A DNA stretch of 63,860 nt, counting the filler, from Atractiella rhizophila (taxonomy: Eukaryota): assembly GCA_021432655.1 (NCBI GenBank). It is 4 parts of 4 records of this genome, joined end to end, with 100 filler letters (N's around TTAATTAATTAA, not from the genome) between each part and the next. Parts side by side here need not be neighbours in the genome. Positions count along the whole stretch, not along the records: positions 1 to 25,399 come from MU271362.1; 3 more parts are not named here. One strand, given 5' to 3'. Below the pieces are notes generated by a model. That model saw only the letters and a program-made list of their open reading frames with translations. It had not been told where the DNA came from and ran no database searches. Made by a program: the position numbers and the translations under genes. Shown one piece after another: positions 12,200 to 20,811 of the stretch. Every line of letters begins with the position of its first letter. The stretch's first letter is position 1.

Positions 12200-13828
12200 T
12201 GTTTCAGGGTACAGGCTTGATCGATGTGATATCGATGTGATATGTGACACAGCCTTGAAGTTCTATGAGAAGAAAGATCCGTCGGACGTGTTCATAAATC
12301 AAGGGTCTGTACTTAAGATACCTGGTGTGAAAGTTGGGCAGGACCAGGTGGTAATCAGTAAGGGCTGGACCACACACCATCATGATGGGGACACCAATAG
12401 CATCCAGCCAGGCCTTGTACCTCAGTTCCACCCACTTCTTGATCTTCACCCCAGGATCGATAAGAGAGAGGATGTCAGTTGAGTCAAAGAAGAAAGTAGA
12501 CTTATCAACTACCCTCCATATCATCTGCAGGTGCCCAGATTGAAGAATATTGAACACTTTCGAGCTTTGGTAAAACATGAGAGAGCAGCCGCAGACAGAG
12601 ACAATGGCGCGGCATGTCAGAGAGCTTGATAAAGCTATGAACTCGATGTCTGGCAATAATGTGTGAGATTGTTCATAGAAACAAAGAACTGGAAACCTAG
12701 AACTAGATCGAACTTAAAATAGGTTTCTCAATGTCTTGATACAGCATAATAGCCTGATAGCTTTGAGCGGAGTTTTTTACTAAGCCCCCATCATTTCAGC
12801 TACCCTCCTATTATTATTTGTAAATAACTAGGTAAATTACATCACTGTCATCTACATCAGGCTTTTTCACCGAACCCTGCGATGCACCATATATTGATGA
12901 ATGCACCAAACCACTCAGCAATCTTCTCACCTTTGCTGGGTCCAAAGCATTGTCGCGGAGATCCCAGCAGAAATGGAGAAACTTTGTGAATGGAGCCGGA
13001 TCCACTTCCTACAATCTCACCCCAAAAGATCATCTGTCCCAACCAATCAAAAAGGGTAATGTCCTTGAGGACATGGAATTGAGAGATAAGCCTGTCCTTC
13101 TCATAGTGAAATTGGGTGGCACAGCGAATTATTTCCTCTAAAACAGAAGGGCACAAGGTGGAGCTGTTCGATTCGTCTTCTGGCAAGAGGTCAAAGTATC
13201 TCTTTACATCCAAGTAATGCTTGCACATGTTTGGGCACACTTTATCTCTGACAGCATTCAAAAGCACTACATCTATATTGTTCTACTCGCCGGAAAAGTG
13301 TCTTTCTTGGGAGAGAGGAATACTGAAGGAATGTTGTCAGCTGGGAAGGATGGTGGTTGGGGGAGAAAATGGCTGTCGACAAAAGTTATCGACGATTCAA
13401 CGCAGGTGAATATTGTCCGCTGTAGGTGTCCAAATGGGGTAAATTCCCCCACTGGCAGAGTTGAGGGCACTGAGGGCACCCCACCAAGCAATAGTGATGT
13501 AAAGCCCCTCTGCATAGAAGACGAGTACATCTAGGTGTTCTGCATCTGGAGAGGCGACCTCGTAATGAAGAGGAGTATAGACCCACAAGGTCCACTCTTA
13601 AGTTCCACCTGTAAAGACGATGTATCTGATCGCATGTGAACTGGCTCCCTTGGTCACTGCTGAGTCCTGCACAAAGCGACCATGGGCAGAGGATCAAATT
13701 CCATATCCAGCCTAGTGTCAGGAAACAGTGGAGAGTGGTTCAAAGGCACTGCTCCAGAATGCAGCATCCATCTAGTCGATAAATGCCTGTTCATGAAGGA
13801 ATGCATGTAGGTGTACAGAGACGTAGCG
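12200..13828 (-). pseudogene. Long decayed reading frame of unknown family
   Basis: One frame runs from ~13800 through the ORFs 13397-13588 and 12857-13267, broken only by TAG/TGA/TAA codons explainable as C-to-T changes of CAG/CGA/CAA. A further fragment lies at 12204-12656. Confidence 0.5.
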
Positions 13829-13896
13829 TTGTGAGGTGACTTGGTATTTTTCCAGTTCTGACATCTTCATTTAAAAGTATGCTTCGTGATAGAACT
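13829..13896 (+). repeat. 68-bp perfect direct repeat, copy 1
   Basis: TTGTGAGGTGACTTGG...GTGATAGAACT, identical to 15522-15589. Confidence 0.95.
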
Positions 13897-13971
13897 ACAT
13901 GAAACGAGAGCTTACAATGATACACCGAAGGATAGAAAAACTAGAAAAACTCAATGTTGAAAACGGTGCAT

Positions 13972-15420
13972 CTATGACACAACAGAAATGATATGGATGG
14001 GTTCACCCGAATTCGCTTGCTCTTTCTCTTCCACGCTGAAACCTTCCTCCTCCTCTGTATCTCCATCGTCTGTCTCACTCCAGTGACTCTGCAAATTATA
14101 CACATCACTCTGTTGGGCATTCAAACCCAGATTGGGCAGAACAAGGTTTGGCTTTCCCATTCTCCTAGCAAAGATGGTGGTTGAAGGAGAGTCTCTCTGG
14201 TCTTCTGTCCCATTGGAACTATTTACGGCGGTTACTTCCGAAGAAGCTACAGAGCTCTTGCGGTAACTATCCCGAGCTAAAGAAGAGGAAGCAGCAATCG
14301 ATCCTTGGTTCGTTTCGCTCTCACTTTCGATCCCGAACGATGTCCCAAGAACTTTCGTATATCCATCCCAAGAGATCGCCCTCTCCTCCTTGTCCTCGTC
14401 GGGGACAACCAAGTTCCCGAAAGCAACTGAGTTGACGGAGTCAGACTCAGGAGTTTGGAAGTTTAAGACGTTTTCGATCGCCTTTTCCCCTGCTGATTTC
14501 TCTTCCTCCCCGTCCTGAGCTCCCGCCGCGTAAGACCCCACGTAGATACCATGTCGAGGGCTCTTCTGTGGACTGGAAAACAAGATTGCTTCGTCGCCTT
14601 CCTCTTCACTTCCTTCTCTGCTCATCCTTTGCCTATACGTTTCTGCGAGAGCCAAATACGAGTCTCTCTTGCTCCCCGTCGAGCTGCTGACCTTTTGAGG
14701 ATAATAACTCGATGCAAGCCCTCTTCTCATTCGTGGGGTCATGGGAACAGAAGGTGGGGTCTCGTATGGCCTATTATCTTTGGGCGACTTCCAGTAGGCT
14801 GAATTCTCGGGAGTTCGCGGTGGAGAAGAGAGAGGAGAGTCTCTCGGAGGTGACGGAGGGACGTTGACTGGGACGACATTCACGGTAGGATTCCGTCTGG
14901 CTGCCAATCCCAGAGGAGGAGGACAGTTCGCTTTACGTTCTCGAAGTTTCAGGACGAAGCTGGTGTACTGCTTCCCATCCTCAGCCAATCTCTTCTCCTT
15001 CACAACTTCAAATTCACAATCCTCCTCCATCTCATCCTCTACTCTGAACTCAATCCCCTCCGGTCCCAAAGATTGAGTTGACCTCTCCCCGATGGGGAAT
15101 AGGACTGGAGTGAATGAGAGAGGCGATGGGGATGGGAGCGGAGATGGGAGCGTCACGGATGACGGAGATGCCCCGTCCTGACTGGAAAAGTGGCTGCCGT
15201 TAGCCATAAAGGGAGAGGCCAATGCTTTCGCCAGAGGGATAGTGCTGAGGTTGGCGCGAGCTGATGAGGAGCGTTGGCGTGAGGAGTGACGCGTCGGAGG
15301 CATCGTCAATTTGTTGCCGCGCGGTGGATTAGGAAAGGTATGCGCATTGGGGTGAGATACGCTGGAGATCTTGGAAGCCTGAGCTGGTTTCGTCTGGTCA
15401 GCACGTCCGCTTATATGCAA
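13972..15420 (-). CDS. Intronless Ser/Pro/Glu-rich hypothetical protein (likely start at MPPTRHSS, ~15303)
   Basis: 482-codon uninterrupted ORF with normal CpG content and no recognisable domain. Confidence 0.7.
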   Translation of the reverse strand: MHISGRADQTKPAQASKISSVSHPNAHTFPNPPRGNKLTMPPTRHSSRQRSSSARANLSTIPLAKALASPFMANGSHFSSQDGASPSSVTLPSPLPSPSPLSFTPVLFPIGERSTQSLGPEGIEFRVEDEMEEDCEFEVVKEKRLAEDGKQYTSFVLKLRERKANCPPPLGLAARRNPTVNVVPVNVPPSPPRDSPLSSPPRTPENSAYWKSPKDNRPYETPPSVPMTPRMRRGLASSYYPQKVSSSTGSKRDSYLALAETYRQRMSREGSEEEGDEAILFSSPQKSPRHGIYVGSYAAGAQDGEEEKSAGEKAIENVLNFQTPESDSVNSVAFGNLVVPDEDKEERAISWDGYTKVLGTSFGIESESETNQGSIAASSSLARDSYRKSSVASSEVTAVNSSNGTEDQRDSPSTTIFARRMGKPNLVLPNLGLNAQQSDVYNLQSHWSETDDGDTEEEEGFSVEEKEQANSGEPIHIISVVS

Positions 15421-15521
15421 TTGAGGGAAAAGATTGACGGACTCCTTCTATTGAGTAACAGATCGTCAGAGGAACTTGGTCTCTTTAAAAGCGGAGGTCG
15501 TCTCGTAGACTTCGGGGGTTA

Positions 15522-15589
15522 TTGTGAGGTGACTTGGTATTTTTCCAGTTCTGACATCTTCATTTAAAAGTATGCTTCGTGATAGAACT
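15522..15589 (+). repeat. 68-bp perfect direct repeat, copy 2
   Basis: Identical to 13829-13896. Confidence 0.95.
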
Positions 15590-15607
15590 CCTCGACAAGC
15601 TCATCAG

Positions 15608-16892
15608 CATTGGGGGTATACAACCCAATAAGTATCTATTGGATATAACCCCCTATACCAATGTATAGTAAATATAATTATTGAATTCTTTAAAAAACCC
15701 CTTTTTTAACATGAAATTTGATACACATCCTTATGAGAAAAGAACAAAAACAATATGAAAAAGAACAAAAAATATGAGAAAAGAAGTTACATAGAAATTT
15801 TAGTTATATAATTTTTATATATTTATAATAAATATATAAAACAAAATTTAATAAACAAAATAAAAAGAAAAACAACTCAAAAATTATAAAAATGAAAAGG
15901 CAACAAATTATATTTTTCTCAAAGATGTAAAATCTACATCTATAAATAAAGGATACTAAATAGTTTATAATACATAAATATGATAATAAAACAAATACAT
16001 ATACATATACATATACCAAAATTTCCTATTGCTACATAAAAGGAATTCCTAGATTTTTTCTAGGACACATCCTATGGGGAATATAAGTGAATTAAAATAT
16101 ATTAATGTAAGGTTTAGTGAGCGGTGATTCGTATGAGTAAGGGGAAAGTGGCAGAGAGTGTGGGTGTGTGCAGAGCGCCGATGGGTAGATACATGATCTA
16201 ATGGAATAGGAAGGTAGGTCATGTGACTTAGGTTGGTGCATTTCGATAATGTGTAGGGGCAAGCCTGACAGGTATTTTAGATAAATATTTATATACTTGA
16301 TGTACGTTATATTCATAATTTGTTTTTATTTATTCTAATTGTATAAAAAATAATATATTAAATTTAAGATATATATTAGGTATTGATATTGTTCAAAAGA
16401 TGGCTAAAAATAATGATATAACATATTCTTAAAAATCAATATAATATTAATGATGACATTATTTTTAAATTGGATTATATATTCAATTTTTTAATAGATG
16501 AACCATATAATTGATATATAAAAAATGATGATTATAAATTAAAGTTAGATATCAATCCTGAATATATTACTTTATTTAAAGATATAAATATTTATAGTCC
16601 TAATATAATGGGAATAGTGGTGAAGCCTAATTATGAAAATATGAAAATAAAAACTGAGTTTTTGGAGGATATCTAAATAATGATAAATAACGTTTTATTA
16701 TTTCATTTTTATTATCTAAATTTAATTGCAGAAATATTTATTTATTAATTTATTACCGTCTTTAGTTTCTAAATAAGTTAATATATTATTATTACTAATT
16801 ACAAATATAAATATTAATAATCATTCAGTATCTAATTTTTATAATTTAATTAATACTATTAATTATTTTAATAAAATTAAATTAACATCTTT
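15608..16892. other. Extremely AT-rich insert, candidate NUMT or mitochondrial plasmid/virus-derived DNA
   Basis: For example, only 5 G+C in the 60 bases 15781-15840. Contains an 84-codon frame (16422-16676) broken only by one TGA. Confidence 0.55.
16106..16270 (+). mobile_element. LTR family B partial copy inside the AT-rich insert
   Basis: Ends ...GCAAGCCTGACA and aligns with the reverse complement of 19764-19930. Confidence 0.75.
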
Positions 16893-17399
16893 ACCAGTTC
16901 GAAATCTGTCAGAAAAGGTTGCGAAGAGAGGTAAAATGTTGACAGCAGACTGTCAGACAGTAGAGAAGAAGTTGTATGGGAACAAAGGTTGAAGAAAACT
17001 GTTGAACCTATATGTGCAGCCTCATTTACCCTTCTGTTCCCCTTTGCCTAGTTCAAGTAATTGACTTGCCGCTTACATTCTTTTCCCTTCTGTTCGTTGT
17101 CTTCAGTGCTTTAGAAGAACTGGAATCCTGCCCAGAAGGTGATCTAGACCATAACTTTTCAGTCAAAGCTGCTCAGTATACTGGCCTACGACTTTTCAAT
17201 AGCCAAGTTGAAACGTAGAAGCCCACTGACAATGAGCTGAGAGTGCCTGACAAGCCCTTTGTTAAGAGTACACACTCAAGAGAGTGAAGAATTACAGGGT
17301 CAGTTTGACCATAGAAGAGCTTGTGAAATATGCACAGGCTGCCACAGACCCTTCTGAGCTGGCATAAAGACTAAGGAAGAATAACACAGTTGAGGAATG

Positions 17400-18530
17400 C
17401 TGCAGACACCTGTATATGGTCACAGGACAACAAACCAGTGGCTGTTTTCTTTAAAAAGGCCTGGCAATCCCATTTGGTGCTCATTTTCCCTTAAGGACAA
17501 GGCAAAAGACTGCTCGTTTCTACCATGCTTATGGGAAATACATTGCTCTTCAAAAGTTGAACATGGGTGGAGGGTTGATGTACAAGAACCTGGCTAAGGA
17601 TAAGAGACATAAGAAGCCTAGACGAATACGGTACCATAAGGCAATGATGCGGCAAAGACAGCTGGTTGGTTTGCAGTACATTGCTCTCTGGCATGAAAAA
17701 ATCAAAAGGAATCAGGATCCTATTCCTTGTGCCAGCATATTTCAAGGATGGAGAGAGCAAGTTCTTTTAACAAGCCTTTCCTTGAATATATTGAATTAAT
17801 TAGTGCTATCCTGGATATGCTATAAAGCGTTTCGCCGTTCAACAACTTGCTTCACATCTCCAAATTTTAGCTGCAACATATATTGCCATCTCTCCTCACG
17901 CTTTCCTCAGAACCAACAAACTCTTCAAATTTATCCAACACGCCAAGTTATACAAGGCTCCGCTTTGGGATTCAACTTCAAGCATACTTTTCTCCACTGG
18001 ACTAGTTCTTATCTTCAACAATCTGTCTTCTCGTCACGTCGACTGGAACAATACATTCGACTCACTTGATCCATCAGCACCACAGGCAGCTACGAAGGGG
18101 GCGACACTATGGATGATATTGGAGGGGTGGACTTTCGAATTCAACAGTGACCAGGCAACGTCCTCTTTCTTCTCGCCGGCGCAGCGGCTCACTGGATCAC
18201 GGACGTCCTTGTCGGCGAGAGCGTCTGTATCAATACGTTTACCCACCGAAAAGTACAGGATTATATCTCAAGGCAAATGGTGGATCGGACAAAGACAGGC
18301 GCCGAATTTGAAGAGTGAGTCCTTTCTTCCGTCTATTTGCTTGTGTTGATGAATAGATTAGTTTCTATTCATTTGAAGCTTTCGAAAACCAGGCTGCAGC
18401 GAACGAGAGGTTCAAAGCAAAAGAATTCGAGCTACAGGAGGCAAAGGCGGTATTTGTAGCGAAACGAGCCATCAGAATTAGCAACGACTGGAACTCTGCA
18501 GCCAAGAAGAATCTAAAGAGAAAAAGATGA
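17400..18530 (+). pseudogene. TET/JBP-like 2OG-Fe(II) dioxygenase pseudogene
   Basis: Reconstruction: GLQYIALWHEK...PIPCASIF / intron / ...FSTGLVLIFNNLSSRHVDWNNTFDSLDP [frameshift ~18070] ISTTGSYEGGD...QQ*PGNVLFLLAGAAAHWITDVLVGESVCINTFTH / intron / ...KKNLKRKR*. HxD at 18035, second His at 18190, and Rx5-aromatic spacing with Ser in place of Arg. Confidence 0.7.
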
Positions 18531-18808
18531 GATGGATTCCATATTCCAAGTTATATCTTTATGAATAAAATATTATCATTTAGCATTGCTGCTCCGTATC
18601 TTTGCATTTTCCTGTGCCTGAGCTGCAACGGATCTATACAAAAAAATAAAAGGTCATATCGAGGAAGAAACTATCGAAGCGAAGAAGAATCTAAAGAGAA
18701 AAGATGAGATGGATTCCATATTCCAAGTTATAGCTTATGAATGAATTATTATTATTTAGCATTGCTCTGGGATCAGCTCCGTATCTTCGCATTTTCCTGG
18801 CCCTGAGC
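18504..18808 (+). repeat. Diverged tandem duplication of a ~170-bp unit; copy 2 is split by the TIR element and resumes at 20505-20554
   Basis: 18504-18623 matches 18682-18808, and 18617-18670 matches 20505-20554. Confidence 0.85.
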
Positions 18809-20504
18809 CCTTGTCAAAAGGCCTTTCCTGCATTTTCCACATTTTCCAGCAAATGTTGACAAATACCAACCAATTTCCCACATTTTCAGTTTCAACCAGA
18901 AAATAAATCGAGCCACAAGCAGCCGCAATGAGCAGAGAAGTAAAATATAGGAAATTCCTGGGCTTGCTTTGCAAAACTGCAATGCTCTTTTTTTCTTCTC
19001 CAAGTTGAAACGTTGAAAGGTTGACTGGCGGTCGGGAATCTGCTGGTGAAAAATTTTCCTTTACCTTTTCGTGTGCAGGATTCTTCAGTTGCGCTCATTT
19101 TCCATGGTGCCATGCGAGGTCTATGAAGACTTGCTGTAAGAGATGTCTTACTCTTTCCCCTTTCCCCGCATCATGTATTACCATGCGACAACAATGATGT
19201 CCTGTTCTTCTAGGAAACTTGCTGCAGGGATTTGTGTGGGCAGCTTGGTGGTGTTTGAGCGTAGTAACAGGAGGAGTGACAGCCTGAATGAGGCGAAGTT
19301 CAGGTATCAAAAGTTATCGGACTCTTCAGTAAGTGCTTGCTTCCCACCTTGGAATAAAGGGTGACGAACCTGAAGTTTTCCACTCAGCTTTAGTGAGCTA
19401 ACCCTCCCCATCACCTTCATCCTTGCATAATGCAGGCAAACATGGCTCAAGGAAGGTGGTGAGTTGCCTGCTTCCTGCTTCATTTCAAGCTGCATAAGAC
19501 TGAATGTTTCACTTTAATAGTGACATGCACCGGCACTCTCGAGTCGAATAACAGGAAATGGATGCACAATACCATGGAAACGGATGGATGTGGGATATCC
19601 AGATTGTAAGAGTTGGTTCAATCCAAAAAGGAGGTGTGTCTTGTTTCTATCCTTTGCTTACTAGTATGCAAGTTGTTTGCACCGCGACTCTGACTGCACC
19701 ATGACAGCCACAGGAGCAACAAAGCGTTGTGACAGATGTGGGACAAAGTTGTTTGGAGGTCAGTGTCAGGCTTGCCACTACGCATTACCGAAATGCACCA
19801 TCCGAGGTCACGTGACCCACCTTACCGTGTCATGAGATCACGTGCCTACCCATCGCCGCTCTGCACATGTCTGCGCTGTTCGCCGCTTTCCCATTTCTCA
19901 CACGAATCGCCGCTCAGCAACCTTATACATTTCACCGGTCTGCACCGTCTCCATTTTCGCCTTATTGTCCTTTCTCACTAGTACTACCCAGTATATCTTA
20001 TTTCCGAGTATTCCCTTTATTACTTTCCTGATCTAGCTATCTTACACGTTTCAAGCAACGTATGTTACAGTTTATGGCAGTGCCTTTACTTATGTATATA
20101 TACATCGAGATGTAGTGGTGATGACCTCAGAGTATTTACCTCCACTACAGGTTAGTCTTCTCATGCCATACTATTCTCTTAGGTTTACCTCCACTACAGA
20201 TGCATTGCCCATCGGCGACCGCACATAGTGTTTGCCCTAACAGTTGGTCAAAGAAGTGGTGGGGGAGGAGGTGAAGAGGGGAGCGAGAGTCGATAATACA
20301 GGGAATTGTGGCTAATTCATGGATTATGCAACTTATTCAATTACAAAAATAAGCTCTCATGTGTTTTTCGCTTGAAGGAAATTCTGGAATAATCAGCAAC
20401 CCAGGCCCTACTTTTCGGTCTTTCCTGCATATTCCAGCACAACGGAAAAAGGTCAGAAAATCGAAGGAAATGTCGACAAATCACGGAAAGGACTTTTGAC
20501 AGGG
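18809..20504. mobile_element. Non-autonomous or decayed TIR DNA transposon, 1696 bp, 7-bp TSD CCTGAGC
   Basis: Left end CCTTGTCAAAAGGCCTTTCC versus reverse complement of the right end CCCTGTCAAAAGTCCTTTCC (18/20). CCTGAGC at 18802-18808 and 20505-20511; empty site at 18617-18640. Confidence 0.8.
19764..20242 (-). mobile_element. Solo LTR family B copy, nested in the TIR element
   Basis: TGTCAGG...CCCTAACA termini, homologous to 8707-9066 and 16106-16270. Flanks GTCAG and GTTGG are consistent with a decayed GTCGG TSD. Confidence 0.75.
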
Positions 20505-20551
20505 CCTGAGCTGCAATGGATCTACGCAAAAGAAAGTTCATATCGAGGAAG

Positions 20552-20560
20552 AAAAAAAAA
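20552..20560 (-). terminator. RNA polymerase III oligo-T terminator of the tRNA
   Basis: T9 run immediately 3' of the tRNA on the minus strand. Confidence 0.85.
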
Positions 20561-20642
20561 CGAACCGTGTGCGGGTCGAACGCACGACATCTTGATTCCT
20601 CGTAGTCCGAAGTCAAGCATGCTACCACTGCATCAACGGTCC
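20561..20642 (-). tRNA. tRNA-Arg(TCG) with a ~10-nt intron
   Basis: Minus strand: acceptor stem GGACCGT/ACGGTTC, D-arm ATGC-AGTGGTA-GCAT, anticodon arm CTTGA-CT-TCG-G[intron]A-TCAAG, T-arm GTGCG-TTCGACC-CGCAC. Confidence 0.92.
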
Positions 20643-20811
20643 CGCGGATGCTCATGAGTGTCTTTACCTGCTGAAGTAGTGATGGGAGTTTGACGTTTGC
20701 ATTGAGAAAACCTGGCTGCAAGTTGGATCGACTACTATCTCCAAAAATAGCACAAGCGCATTTACGCTTCCGCAACGGCGTCCTTTTGCGCAAAGCAAAG
20801 CTTCATCCACC

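Larger units (their letters stand above)
7270..20550. mobile_element. Transposon-remnant island (nested LTRs, TIR element, decayed ORFs); left boundary approximate
   Basis: No conserved housekeeping genes, visible CpG scarcity over long stretches (e.g. 9660-10800), stop-riddled reading frames and several repeats defined below. Confidence 0.75.

Noticed and set aside
7270..17400. KDZ or other transposase and reverse transcriptase coding remnants
   Set aside because: No diagnostic motifs were recognised in the fragments I could translate.
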